DNA from: Candidatus Binatia bacterium
Lineage (GTDB): Bacteria > Desulfobacterota > Binatia > UBA9968 > JAJDTQ01
NCBI GenBank assembly: GCA_963666515.2
Contig: OY762897.2
Location: forward strand, 352,001 to 416,000
DNA length: 64,000 nucleotides
Reading direction: 5' to 3'
Shown: positions 8,515-18,606 of the stretch, one piece after another
How the letters are laid out: each line of letters begins with the position of its first letter
Position numbering within the stretch: position 1 is the stretch's first letter
Made by a program: the position numbers and the translations under genes
The notes under the pieces: model-generated
Seen by the model: the letters and a program-made list of their open reading frames with translations, nothing else
The model's database searches: none
Told to the model about the DNA's origin: nothing

Positions 8515-9291
8515 TCACTCCCGCGCGGTCAGCTCGTCCTTGAGGGTGTTCCAGATGTCGAGCTTGATGTCGTTGAACTCCGGCGACAGGCGCATCTCGT
8601 AGCCCCGCGGCCGCGGCAGGTTGATCTTGATGATCTTCTTGGTCTTTCCGGGCCTCTTGGTCATCACGATGACGCGGTCCGACAGGTAGGCCGCCTCCTC
8701 GATGCTGTGGGTGACGAACAGCACGGTCTTCTTGTGCTTGTCCCAGATCTGCAGCAGCTCCGCCTGCATGAGGTCCCGGGTCTGCGCGTCCAGCGCGGCG
8801 AAGGGCTCGTCCATGAGCAGCACCTCGGGATCCGTGGCCAGCGCCCGGGCCAGCCCCACCCGCTGCTTCATGCCCCCCGACAGCTCGTGCGGAAAGTGCC
8901 CCTCGAAACCCGTGAGCCCCACCAGGTTGATCAGCTCCTGGGCGCGCGGGCGCCGCGAGGAGACCGATTCTCCCTTCAGCTCCGGCCCCAGCTCCACGTT
9001 GCCGAGCACCGTCCGCCAGGGCAGCAGCCCGAACTCCTGGAACACCATGGCGCGCTCGACGCCGGGACCGGTGATCTTCTTGCCGCCGATCTCCATCTCG
9101 CCCGCGTCCGGCTTCAGCAGCCCCAGCAGCACGTTCAGGAAGGTGCTCTTGCCGCACCCCGACGGCCCCACGATGGAGACGAACTCGCCGCTGTTCAGCT
9201 CGATGCGGAAATCCTTGAGGGCCGTGACCGCATCCCTGTTCTTGGGCGTGAACGTCAGCGTGATATCGGTGGATCGGATGTAGGGTTCCAT
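8515..9291 (-). CDS. NitT/TauT family ABC transporter ATP-binding protein
   Basis: GPSGCGKS, LSGGMKQ, LLMDEPF, VTH. Confidence 0.92.
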   Translation of the reverse strand: MEPYIRSTDITLTFTPKNRDAVTALKDFRIELNSGEFVSIVGPSGCGKSTFLNVLLGLLKPDAGEMEIGGKKITGPGVERAMVFQEFGLLPWRTVLGNVELGPELKGESVSSRRPRAQELINLVGLTGFEGHFPHELSGGMKQRVGLARALATDPEVLLMDEPFAALDAQTRDLMQAELLQIWDKHKKTVLFVTHSIEEAAYLSDRVIVMTKRPGKTKKIIKINLPRPRGYEMRLSPEFNDIKLDIWNTLKDELTARE

Positions 9292-9445
9292 CGGCCTCGA
9301 AACTACTACAACGAGGGTGGGGTGACAAGCGGCGCGCCCAACGCGGCGGGTTCATTTCACAGCAGGCCGTAGCCTTGCGCCAGCGGGCGGCGCGGCTGCT
9401 TGACGGGCTCCGCCGGAACGCATACGTTTCCAGGCCGGTAGCGCG

Positions 9446-10231
9446 ATGCGTATCGTCCTGATCAATCTCGAGCGGGCTTCGGAGCGACGGGCGCGCATGG
9501 AAGAGCAGTTCGCCGAGGTCGGCCTGCCTTTCGAGATCCAGAAAGCCGTGGATGGGCGGTTGCTTTCGGCGGATGATCTCGCCTGCGTGGACTGGGAGGG
9601 CCAGCGGCGCCTGGGTATCCCTCCGCAGACCGATGGGGCCATCGCCCTCTGGCTGACGCAACGTACCTTGTTTCAGGACCTTGTGGAGAACGGGCCTGAA
9701 ATGATGGCGGTCTTCGAAGACGACGCTTTGTTGAATCCCGGGCTCCCGGATGTCCTGCGGGCGCTGGAGCGGAAGCCGTTCGGCTTCGACGTCGTGGCAT
9801 TGAACAGGAGACACCCTCGACGGCGCTTCTATCCCTGCGTCTCACTGACGGCCCGGCACACGGTTGGGAGAGTACGCTTTTCGGACAGTGGATCAGAGGG
9901 CTACGTCATCACGCGGTGTGCAGCCCGGCGCTTCCTGGAGACCACGCCGAAGATGGTCTGGCCGGTCGACCACGCGATCTTGCGTTTCTGGGTCAATGCG
10001 CTCGACGTGTTCTACGTCAACCCGCCGGTGGTCGGACATGCCGGATACGAGGGTTCCATGATGGAAGGCAATCCGGTCTCCACCCGCCTGCGGGCCGAGG
10101 CGGGCGATGCCATTGGTTTCTGGCGACAAACCCTGACGACCGTTTCCCGTGGCGTGCAGAAGTACGTCGCCTTCCGCAAGCTTCTGCACGATGATCGGCG
10201 AAACATCTCGTTGCCGCTTATCCAACCCTGA
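9446..10231 (+). CDS. Glycosyltransferase family 25
   Basis: INLERASERR N-terminus, AVDG, VFEDD motifs. Confidence 0.85.
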   Translation: MRIVLINLERASERRARMEEQFAEVGLPFEIQKAVDGRLLSADDLACVDWEGQRRLGIPPQTDGAIALWLTQRTLFQDLVENGPEMMAVFEDDALLNPGLPDVLRALERKPFGFDVVALNRRHPRRRFYPCVSLTARHTVGRVRFSDSGSEGYVITRCAARRFLETTPKMVWPVDHAILRFWVNALDVFYVNPPVVGHAGYEGSMMEGNPVSTRLRAEAGDAIGFWRQTLTTVSRGVQKYVAFRKLLHDDRRNISLPLIQP

Positions 10232-10298
10232 ATAGCCCTTTGAACCGTAGCGGATCACAGCCTTGTTGACGAACGAAGTCCGCCTGGGCGAGGTCTGA

Positions 10299-11564
10299 AT
10301 GCCCGAACTACGCTCAAGGAACGGCTGCGTGCATGTCGCTTTCATCATTAGCCACCTTGGCGGCGGCGGCGCCGAACAAGTCGTACTCAATCTGGCCGGT
10401 GGGTTGCTTGATCGCGGCCACAAGGTTGATATCGTCTTGTTGAGGGAGCGGGTCAATTATCAGGTTCCTGAGGGCGTTCGGCTGTTCACGATTGAGGGCA
10501 GGCCGGGTAAAAATGCAGTAGAAGGTGCCGCGGGCGTGTCCGGTCGGCGAATCCAGCTTCGTGGCCGGTTCACGCCGTTGGATTGGGCACGCATGGCATG
10601 CGCCGTCGGTTGGAATCCGTTTTGCCTGCCCGAGCCGCGCCACGTTCGACAGGCGCGCGCCTTGGCATTCTACATGGGGCGCTACAAGCCGGATTGTGTG
10701 CTGTCAAATATTCCCGCCGCGGACATTGCGACGCTCTGGGCAACCCGGTTCGTAGCCGAACCACCGCCGATCATACCCGTTCTTCACGGCGTCGTTGGAC
10801 GGGAGAATTGGCGCCATTTGCGCAGGTTCCGGTATCTGCTTGCGAGGGCGGCTCGTTTCGTGGGTGTGTCCCGGGGGGTTTCCGCCAGTCTGTCCGCGAA
10901 CATGGGGGTTCCAGGCGACGGCATCACAACCATTTACAATCCCGCGGTCACTCCCGACCTTCAGGTCCGGATGGCGGAGCGCCCCGACCACCCCTGGCTC
11001 CAGGGACGCGAAACGCCGGTTATTCTGGCGGCGGGACGCTTGGCGCATGAGAAGGATCATTTCACCCTCATCAAGGCCTTTGCCCGTCTCGCTACGCGGC
11101 GCTCGTGCCGCCTGATCATCCTTGGGGAGGGAGGACTCAGGAAGGAGCTTGAAGGACTTGTTGCAGATTTGAAGCTCACCGATCGGGTGTCGTTGCCGGG
11201 GTGGGTGGAGAATCCTTTCGCGTTCATGTCCCGCGCGTCTCTTTTTGTATTGTCCTCGATCTACGAAGGGTTGGGAATGGTTCTGATAGAGGCGCTGGCG
11301 TGCGGCTGTCCGTGCGTGAGCACCGACTGTCCGGCGGGTCCTGCGGAAATACTCGAGGACGGTCGAGTCGGGCCGCTCGTTCCCGTTGGCGACGAGACGG
11401 CGTTGGCGGAGACGATGGGCCGCGTCCTCGATCAACCACCTGACAGGCAGGTGTTGAAGCGGCGAGCCGCGTGCTTTTCTGCGGATCGGGCCATTGCCGC
11501 CTACGAGAACCTGCTGTCAACCGTCGTGTCGGCCGGCCATCGCTCCCGGCGCGACGCCCGGTAA
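10299..11564 (+). CDS. Glycosyltransferase family 4 (paralog 1)
   Basis: GGGAE, AGRL..EK, EGLGMVLIEALACG. Confidence 0.9.
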   Translation: MPELRSRNGCVHVAFIISHLGGGGAEQVVLNLAGGLLDRGHKVDIVLLRERVNYQVPEGVRLFTIEGRPGKNAVEGAAGVSGRRIQLRGRFTPLDWARMACAVGWNPFCLPEPRHVRQARALAFYMGRYKPDCVLSNIPAADIATLWATRFVAEPPPIIPVLHGVVGRENWRHLRRFRYLLARAARFVGVSRGVSASLSANMGVPGDGITTIYNPAVTPDLQVRMAERPDHPWLQGRETPVILAAGRLAHEKDHFTLIKAFARLATRRSCRLIILGEGGLRKELEGLVADLKLTDRVSLPGWVENPFAFMSRASLFVLSSIYEGLGMVLIEALACGCPCVSTDCPAGPAEILEDGRVGPLVPVGDETALAETMGRVLDQPPDRQVLKRRAACFSADRAIAAYENLLSTVVSAGHRSRRDAR

Positions 11565-11577
11565 AAAGGACGGCCGG

Positions 11578-12834
11578 GTGCACATCGCTCTCATCGTTTC
11601 CGACCTTGGCGGCGGCGGAGTTGAACGAGTGGTGCTCAATCTCGCCGGCGGTTTGATTGAGCGCGGGCACAGGATTGATATCGTCTTGTTCAGGACGAGA
11701 GTCCACTACACGGTGCCTGAAAAGGCGCGATTGTTCGTCATGGACAACGAGCGCGGCAAACCCGCGAAAACGATCGATCCAGAGGTTCTCACGCGCCGCA
11801 TTCCGCTCATCGCACCTTCCAACCCGTCGGATTGGGCGATCATGGCAGGTGTTCTGAATTGGGACCGGCTGTGTCTGTTCAACGCAAGACTGCTTCGGCA
11901 AGCCCGCGCACTGGCGTCTTACCTGGAGAGTGAGACGCCGGATTGTGTCTTGCCGAGTGCCGCCAGTCCTAAAGAGGTCATTCCGGCGATTCTCCTGGCC
12001 TGCCGCTTGTCAGCCCCGCATCCTCCGGTCATACCGATCATTCACAGTTTCGTGAAGTATCGCCGCTACCGCTACCGGCGAAGGTATCGGCGTCTTTTCG
12101 AGACGGCGGCTCGTCTCGTAGGCGTGTCGCAGGGAGTTGCCGACAGCCTGGCCGCCATCATCGGCGTTTCGGGCGAGAGCATAACGACACTGTGCAATCC
12201 CGTCATCGCGCCGGACCTCCGCGTCCGCATGACGGAGCTTCCGGACCACCCGTGGCTGCTGGACGACGGCGCTCCGGTCATCCTGTCGGCCGGGCGGTTG
12301 ACCCGGTCCAAAGACTTTTCCACTCTTGTCAGGGCCTTTGCCCGTCTCACATCCTCCCGCCCGTGCCGTCTCATCATCCTCGGGGAAGGAAAGGACAGGG
12401 TCCGTCTGGAGCGGCTTGTTCGCAGGCTCGGGCTGTCAGGCCGGGTCTCGCTGCCCGGGTGGGTGGAGAATCCCTGGGCGTTCATGTCTCGCGCGTCCCT
12501 GTTTGCGCTTGCCTCAAGACGTGAAGGTTTCCCGACCGTGCTCGTCGAGGCATTGGCATGCGGCTGTCCCTGCGTCAGCACGGACTGTCCGGCCGGTCCG
12601 GCAGAGATACTTCAGAACGGAAAATTCGGACCGCTTGTGCCCGTTGGCGACGAGGCGGCATTGGCGGAGGCGATGGGCCGGGTCCTCGATCAGCCGCCGA
12701 ATAGACGAATGTTGCAGCAACGTGCCGCCGCTTCTTCGGTCGAACGTGCAGTCGCGGACTACGAGAGGTTGATCGAAAACTATGCGTCAGATCATGGGGA
12801 ACCCTCCATGCCGCATCTTGCAACCATCCCTTGA
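11578..12834 (+). CDS. Glycosyltransferase family 4 (paralog 2)
   Basis: GGGVE, AGRL..SK, EGFPTVLVEALACG; GTG start chosen by alignment to paralogs. Confidence 0.88.
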   Translation: MHIALIVSDLGGGGVERVVLNLAGGLIERGHRIDIVLFRTRVHYTVPEKARLFVMDNERGKPAKTIDPEVLTRRIPLIAPSNPSDWAIMAGVLNWDRLCLFNARLLRQARALASYLESETPDCVLPSAASPKEVIPAILLACRLSAPHPPVIPIIHSFVKYRRYRYRRRYRRLFETAARLVGVSQGVADSLAAIIGVSGESITTLCNPVIAPDLRVRMTELPDHPWLLDDGAPVILSAGRLTRSKDFSTLVRAFARLTSSRPCRLIILGEGKDRVRLERLVRRLGLSGRVSLPGWVENPWAFMSRASLFALASRREGFPTVLVEALACGCPCVSTDCPAGPAEILQNGKFGPLVPVGDEAALAEAMGRVLDQPPNRRMLQQRAAASSVERAVADYERLIENYASDHGEPSMPHLATIP

Positions 12835-12842
12835 AGACGGCC

Positions 12843-14120
12843 ATGCACATCACCCTGGTCATTCCGAACCTCAAGGGCGGCGGCGCGGAACGGATGGTTC
12901 TCAATCTGGCTCAAGGTCTGATCGACCGCGGCCACCGTGTGGATATCGTGTTGATCCGGCCTCTGTTTCACTACGTCAACGAAATTTCCGTGAACGCCCG
13001 GCTCTTCGCCGTGGACAACGTCCCGGCCCGGTTCCCGAAAGAAGACGGGGCTCGTCTGCCCGCTCGGCTGGCGCACCTCCCCGCGCCTTCGGAGGCACTC
13101 GACTGGTTGCACGCAGCGCGCGCTTTCGACTGGGACCTGCTTCGTTGCCGGCCCGATCCGAAGCTGCTGCGGCGGGCCCGCGCCATAGCGTCGTACATGG
13201 CGCGCGAGCGTCCCGACTGTGTTCTGCCGAGCCTTCCCCGCGCGAAGGCGGCGACTCTGCTGGCCGGTCGCATGCTCGCCGAACCACCGCCGATCATACC
13301 CATCGTCCACAACAACTACGAACGCCGGCGCGCAAGAGACAGGCACCGGTTGCGGCATCTGGCAGGGAACGCGGCTCACTTCGTCGGCGTATCGCAAGGG
13401 ACCTCGGAACGCTTGTCCGCGGTTGTCGGCGTGCCGCGCGAAAGCGTCACGACCATAGGCAACCCGGTGATTACGCCGGCCCTGAGTGACGGAATGGCGG
13501 AGCGTCCGGCCCATCCCTGGTTCCTCGACGGCGGCGTGCCCGTGGTGCTGGCGGTCGGACGGCTGGAAAAGCCCAAGGATTTCCCGACCCTGATCTGGGC
13601 ATTTGCCCGACTTGCGGCGCGGCGTCCGTGCCGCTTGGTCATTCTCGGCGAGGGGAAGGAGCGGGCGAAGCTCGAACGACTCGTCACGAGGCTCAATCTC
13701 GACGATCGCGTCTCGCTCCCCGGGTGGGTGGACAATCCCTTCGCGTACATGTCCCGCGCGTCCCTGTTCGTTCTTTCGTCGGTTTACGAAGGTCTCTCGA
13801 TGGTCCTTGTGGAGGCGTTGGCGTGCGGCTGTCCCTGCGTCAGCACGGATTGCCCGTCCGGTCCGTCGGAGATACTGCAGGACGGCAAGCTCGGGCCTCT
13901 GGTTGCGGTGGGTGATGAGGCGGGATTGGCCGAGGCCATGGAACGGGTCCTCGATCGGCCGCCCGACAAACGGAAATTGCAGCAACGGGCAGCGGACTTC
14001 TCGGTGAACGCCGCGGCCTCGGCCTACGAGGGACTGATCCGGGACGTTGTGTCCGGCGGTGAGCGCGGGGCGAATCCGCCGGCGCGCAAAAATGCGCATC
14101 GGGCCGGAGGGAGCCGGTAG
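12843..14120 (+). CDS. Glycosyltransferase family 4 (paralog 3)
   Basis: GGGAE, VGRLEKPK, EGLSMVLVEALACG. Confidence 0.9.
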   Translation: MHITLVIPNLKGGGAERMVLNLAQGLIDRGHRVDIVLIRPLFHYVNEISVNARLFAVDNVPARFPKEDGARLPARLAHLPAPSEALDWLHAARAFDWDLLRCRPDPKLLRRARAIASYMARERPDCVLPSLPRAKAATLLAGRMLAEPPPIIPIVHNNYERRRARDRHRLRHLAGNAAHFVGVSQGTSERLSAVVGVPRESVTTIGNPVITPALSDGMAERPAHPWFLDGGVPVVLAVGRLEKPKDFPTLIWAFARLAARRPCRLVILGEGKERAKLERLVTRLNLDDRVSLPGWVDNPFAYMSRASLFVLSSVYEGLSMVLVEALACGCPCVSTDCPSGPSEILQDGKLGPLVAVGDEAGLAEAMERVLDRPPDKRKLQQRAADFSVNAAASAYEGLIRDVVSGGERGANPPARKNAHRAGGSR

Positions 14121-15010
14121 TGTCCGAGTTCGTGGACACGGCATCGGGGCTGTTCTACCGTTTTGCCGCGAGCGGAGCGTTGCCGGCCTCATGGTTCCGG
14201 GATACGGACCCGGCCGGCGTGGCGAGAGTCGGACGCACCGGAAGGCTCTCCCTCGAGATCGTCACCCATTGCTGGCGTTACGGCCACTTCCTGACCTACC
14301 AGCTCAGCTCCCTCGTGAACCATCGCACCGACAAGCTCGACGTCACCATGACCGTGTACCATGCGCCCGAAGACGAAGCGGTCGTACGGGTGCTGCGCTT
14401 CTTCGAGGGCATCGAAGTCCCCGGGGTCTCCTGGTGTTGGCGGCCGCTGCCGAGGGAACGGCTCTTTCGCCGCGGCATCGGCCGCAATCTTGCCGCCCGC
14501 GCCACCCGCGCCGACTGGATCTGGTTCACCGACGCCGACATCGTGTTTTACGGGAGCTGCCTCGGCTCGCTGGCGGAGGCGTTGCAGGGAAGAGAGGACG
14601 CGCTCGTGCATCCCAGAACGATCCTCGGCACGTCGTTGCTGCCGGACGATCACGATATCCTGCGGCAAGGCCGCACTGGCCCTGCGGTCCGCGAGATCCC
14701 CGTCGAGGAGTTCCGTCCTTACGGCGGAGTCCACGACAAGGCCAAGGGACCTTTCCAGATCGTCCACGGCGACGTGGCGCGGGCGGTAGGCTACTGCGAG
14801 ACCATCGGCCTCTACCAGCGGCCGGCGCCGCGCTGGCGCAAGACCTATGAGGACCGAGCCTTCCGCTGGCTCCTGGGCACGGACGGCACCGCCCTGGACG
14901 TTCCGGGGGTCTGCCAGATCCGCCACGCCGTCAAGGGACGATACCGCGAAGACTCGGCCACGGGCAGGTTGCGCTCGTTCATACGGAAGAGCCAGGACCG
15001 GCGCGCGTGA
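14120..15010 (+). CDS. GT-A fold (GT2-like) glycosyltransferase
   Basis: RNLAA...WIWFTDAD (DxD) and YED motifs. Confidence 0.8.
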   Translation: MSEFVDTASGLFYRFAASGALPASWFRDTDPAGVARVGRTGRLSLEIVTHCWRYGHFLTYQLSSLVNHRTDKLDVTMTVYHAPEDEAVVRVLRFFEGIEVPGVSWCWRPLPRERLFRRGIGRNLAARATRADWIWFTDADIVFYGSCLGSLAEALQGREDALVHPRTILGTSLLPDDHDILRQGRTGPAVREIPVEEFRPYGGVHDKAKGPFQIVHGDVARAVGYCETIGLYQRPAPRWRKTYEDRAFRWLLGTDGTALDVPGVCQIRHAVKGRYREDSATGRLRSFIRKSQDRRA

Positions 15011-15060
15011 CCTCGACTCCGCGACTCCGGTCGCGCAGTATTCCGATGGCTCGTGCCCGG

Positions 15061-16068
15061 TTACGGTAGGGAGCGCTCCCACGCCACCGCCGAGCAAACC
15101 ATCTCGTCCAACTGGTTGTGCGAGGGCGTCCAACCCAGTCTCTTTCGGATCTTCTGCGTGTCGGCGATGAGCACGGGCGGGTCGCCGGCGCGCCGGCTCG
15201 ACGGCACACGGCGAAGCTCTCGCCCGGCCAACCGTTCCACCGTGTCCAATACCTCCAGGACCGAGTAACCCCGTCCGTAACCGCAGTTGAACACCTCCGT
15301 ATCGGCGCCCCCGAAGAGGTTTTCCAGCGCGAGAAGGTGCGCCGTGATCAGGTCATCGACGTGAATGTAGTCGCGGATACACGTGCCGTCGCGGGTGGGG
15401 TAATCGGTCCCGTAGATAGGGATGCAGTCGCGCTTGCCCGCCGCCCACTCGGCTGCGACCTTGATGAGATGGGTGGCGTTCGGGGTGGACTGTCCCGCGC
15501 GGCCGTCGGGGTCGGCTCCCGCCACGTTGAAGTAACGCAGGATGGCGGCGGTGATGCCATGGGCGCGCCCGAGGTCGCGGATGATGCGTTCGCTCATCAG
15601 TTTGGATGCGCCGTAGGGACTCACGGGATGCAACCGGCCGTTCTCGCGCAAGGGTCGGTCATCCGGCCCGGGTGCACCGTAGACCGCGGCCGTCGACGAG
15701 AAGACGAGATGAGGGATGCCGAAGGCGGTCATCTGTCGGACCAGGGTCAGGGTGTTGACCGTATTGTTGGCATAGTAGCGGCCGGGATCGGAAAACGACT
15801 CCGAGACCACGATGCTGCCCGCGAAGTGCATGACCGCCTCTATCCGATACCGGCCAAAGACGTCTGCCAGCAAGCCTTCGTCGCCCACGTCGCCCTGGAT
15901 AAGGGAAACTCCATCGGGCAGATTCGCCGGACAACCGACGGACAGGTCGTCCAGGACCACGGGACGATGACCTGCGTCGAGCAGGCGATGCACCGCATGT
16001 GCCCCAATGTAGCCGGCGCCGCCGGTGACGAGTACGGTCTTTTCCCTGAATGTTGATCGCGGGTCCAT
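15061..16068 (-). CDS. galE: UDP-glucose 4-epimerase
   Basis: TGGAGYIG, HFAG, SSTAAVYG, YGASK, LRYFN, GTCIRDYIHV. Confidence 0.93.
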   Translation of the reverse strand: MDPRSTFREKTVLVTGGAGYIGAHAVHRLLDAGHRPVVLDDLSVGCPANLPDGVSLIQGDVGDEGLLADVFGRYRIEAVMHFAGSIVVSESFSDPGRYYANNTVNTLTLVRQMTAFGIPHLVFSSTAAVYGAPGPDDRPLRENGRLHPVSPYGASKLMSERIIRDLGRAHGITAAILRYFNVAGADPDGRAGQSTPNATHLIKVAAEWAAGKRDCIPIYGTDYPTRDGTCIRDYIHVDDLITAHLLALENLFGGADTEVFNCGYGRGYSVLEVLDTVERLAGRELRRVPSSRRAGDPPVLIADTQKIRKRLGWTPSHNQLDEMVCSAVAWERSLP

Positions 16069-16072
16069 GTTC

Positions 16073-16786
16073 CTACACTCCCAGGTACCGGTGCCTCACG
16101 TCCTCCGCCGCGGCCAGTTCGGCGGAGTCGCCGGTCCAGGTGATGCGGCCCTTCTCCATGATGTAGTGGCGGTCGGCGATCTGCATGAGCGCGCCGTGGT
16201 TGCTGTCGATGAGGAGGATGGCCTGCCCCGCGGACTTGAGCCGCTTCAGGCAGCGCCAGATCTCGGCGCACACCAGCGGCGCCAGCCCCTCGGTGGCCTC
16301 GTCCAGCAGGATCAGGCGGGCGTTGGTCATGAGCGCCCGGCCGATGGCGAGCATCTGCTGCTCGCCGCCCGACAGGTTGCGGCCATACAGGTTGCCGCGC
16401 GACTCCAGCGCGGGAAACATTTCGAAGATGCGCTCCACCGTCCACGGGTCCGTGGCGGGCGCCTGGGAACCGGAGCCGTATCCCGCGGCCACCAGCAGGT
16501 TCTCCCGCACGGTCAGGTTCGGAAACACCTGCCTGCCCTCCGGCACCAGCCCGATGCCGGCCCGGGCCACGGCGTAGCTCGGCCAACCCTGGATCTCGGC
16601 GTCCTGGAACCGGATCGTCCCGGCCCGTGGCCGCACCAGCCCCATGATCGACTTCACCGTGGTGGTCTTGCCCATGCCGTTGCGGCCCATGAGGGTCACC
16701 ATCTCGCCGGCGTCTACCCGGAGGGTTACGTCGAAGAGTATCTGGCTCGGACCGTAAAAAGTTTGGACGCCTTCAAGCTCCAGCAT
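16073..16786 (-). CDS. livF: Branched-chain amino acid type ABC ATP-binding protein (LivF-like)
   Basis: GRNGMGKT, LSGGEQQ, LLDE. Confidence 0.88.
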   Translation of the reverse strand: MLELEGVQTFYGPSQILFDVTLRVDAGEMVTLMGRNGMGKTTTVKSIMGLVRPRAGTIRFQDAEIQGWPSYAVARAGIGLVPEGRQVFPNLTVRENLLVAAGYGSGSQAPATDPWTVERIFEMFPALESRGNLYGRNLSGGEQQMLAIGRALMTNARLILLDEATEGLAPLVCAEIWRCLKRLKSAGQAILLIDSNHGALMQIADRHYIMEKGRITWTGDSAELAAAEDVRHRYLGV

Positions 16787-16859
16787 CGGTATCTGTCCTT
16801 GGCGCCTTTCGTTCCTTCTCGCGTGGAACCGTCAGGCGGACGGGGTCCGCAACCTGCCC

Positions 16860-17609
16860 CTACGCGTCCTCCCCGAGATACGCCTCCCGCACCACCGGGT
16901 CGGCGCGGATCGCGTCCGGCGGGCCGGTGGCCACCTCGCGTCCGGACACCAGCACGGTGACCCGGTCGGCCAGCGCGAACACGGCGTCCATGTCGTGCTC
17001 CACCAGCAGGATGGCCACGTGTCCCTTGAGCCCGTCCAGCAGCGCCACCATGCGGTTGGCCTCGTCGGGACCCATGCCGGCCATGGGCTCGTCCAGCAAC
17101 AACAGGGCGGGGTCGGTGGCCAGCGCCATGGCGATCTCGAGCTGGCGCTGCTCGCCGTGGGCCAGGTTGCGGGCGATGACGCCGCCGCGTCCGCCGAGGC
17201 CCACCTGCTCCAGGGTGCGGCGCGCGGCACCGCGCAACGACCGGTCCGACCGCGCCGGGCGCCAGAAGCGGAAGGAGTGGCCGTCGTGGGCCTGCACGGC
17301 CATGGCGACGTTGTCCTCGGCGCTGAAGCCGCCGAACACCGAAGTGATCTGGAACGAGCGCGCCAGCCCCAGGCGGGCGCGCTCGTGCACCGGTCTGCGG
17401 GTGATGTCCCGTCCGCCGAGGCGGATGGCGCCCTCGTCCGGCGCCACCTCGCCGGAAAGCTGCTTGATGGCCGTGGTCTTGCCCGCGCCGTTGGGGCCGA
17501 TGACCGCGTGGATCTCGCCGTGGACCACGTCCAGGGACAGGGAATCCGTGGCCTTGAGGGCGCCGTACGTCTTGGTGAGCCCGCGGGCGGTGAGCAGCGG
17601 TTCAGCCAT
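16860..17609 (-). CDS. livG: Branched-chain amino acid type ABC ATP-binding protein (LivG-like)
   Basis: GPNGAGKT, LAHGEQRQLE, LVEHDM, AYLG. Confidence 0.88.
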   Translation of the reverse strand: MAEPLLTARGLTKTYGALKATDSLSLDVVHGEIHAVIGPNGAGKTTAIKQLSGEVAPDEGAIRLGGRDITRRPVHERARLGLARSFQITSVFGGFSAEDNVAMAVQAHDGHSFRFWRPARSDRSLRGAARRTLEQVGLGGRGGVIARNLAHGEQRQLEIAMALATDPALLLLDEPMAGMGPDEANRMVALLDGLKGHVAILLVEHDMDAVFALADRVTVLVSGREVATGPPDAIRADPVVREAYLGEDA

Positions 17610-18606
17610 CGGCGCCGTCCCCTCGCTCGAACCAGCCCCAGATGCCGCGGCGGGCGAACAGCACCACCAGCACCAGCACCGGCCCCAGGATGATCATCCA
17701 GTGCTCCATGTACGCGGACAGGACCTCCTCCAGGAGCAGCAGCACCGCGGCGCCGATGACCGGACCCGCCAGCGTGCCCATGCCGCCCAGGATCACCATG
17801 ACCATGATCTCGCCCGAGACGGTCCAGTGCATCAGGGCGGGGTCGACGAAAGCCATGTAGTTGGCCATGAGCGCGCCCGCGAGGCCCGCGGCCGCGCCCG
17901 CCGCGACGAAGGCCGTGAGCTTGTAGCGGTAGATCGGGAAGCCGAGCGCCAGCATCCGTTCCTCGTTCTCCTTGCAGCCTTGCAGCACCATGCCGAAGCG
18001 GGAGCGCACCAGCCGCCGGCCCAGCAGCAGGAACCCCGCCAGGACGATCAGGCAGACGTAGTAGAAGGCGGCCTCGTTTTCGAGGTCGAGACCGGGGAGG
18101 CTGTTCCTCTGGGCGACGCTCAATCCGTCGTCGCCCCCGTACACCTCCAGGGATACGAAGAAATAGTAGAGCATCTGCGCGAACGCCAGCGTGATCATGA
18201 TGAAGTACATGCCGCTGGTGCGCAGGCAGACGGCGCCGATGAGAAGCGCAAGGAGCGCCGCCGCCCCCACCGCCAGCGGCCACGCAGCCATGCCGCTCTC
18301 CAGCCACGGAAGGGAGAACGGCCATGCCGGGGCCTCTCCGCCGGCGCCGTGAAACGAGAGGATCGCCACCACGTAGGCGCCGGCGCCGAAATAGGCCGAG
18401 TGGCCGAAGCTCACCATGCCGCCGAATCCCAGGATGAGGTCCAGGCTGACCGCGGCAAGCGCGAAGATGAAGATCCGAGTGAAGAGCCCGATGAGAAAGG
18501 ATTCGTCCAGCGCCTCGGCCACGGGCGGCAGCGCCGCCAGCGCGGCCGCGATGATCGCCGCCAGCACGGCTCTACGCCCACCGGCGATTTGTGCGATGCG
18601 GATCAC
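17602..18606 (-). CDS. livM: Branched-chain amino acid type ABC permease (LivM-like)
   Basis: SFGHSAYFGAGAY, YFIMITLAFAQ, ILGGMGTL. Confidence 0.88.
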   Translation of the reverse strand: MIRIAQIAGGRRAVLAAIIAAALAALPPVAEALDESFLIGLFTRIFIFALAAVSLDLILGFGGMVSFGHSAYFGAGAYVVAILSFHGAGGEAPAWPFSLPWLESGMAAWPLAVGAAALLALLIGAVCLRTSGMYFIMITLAFAQMLYYFFVSLEVYGGDDGLSVAQRNSLPGLDLENEAAFYYVCLIVLAGFLLLGRRLVRSRFGMVLQGCKENEERMLALGFPIYRYKLTAFVAAGAAAGLAGALMANYMAFVDPALMHWTVSGEIMVMVILGGMGTLAGPVIGAAVLLLLEEVLSAYMEHWMIILGPVLVLVVLFARRGIWGWFERGDGADG

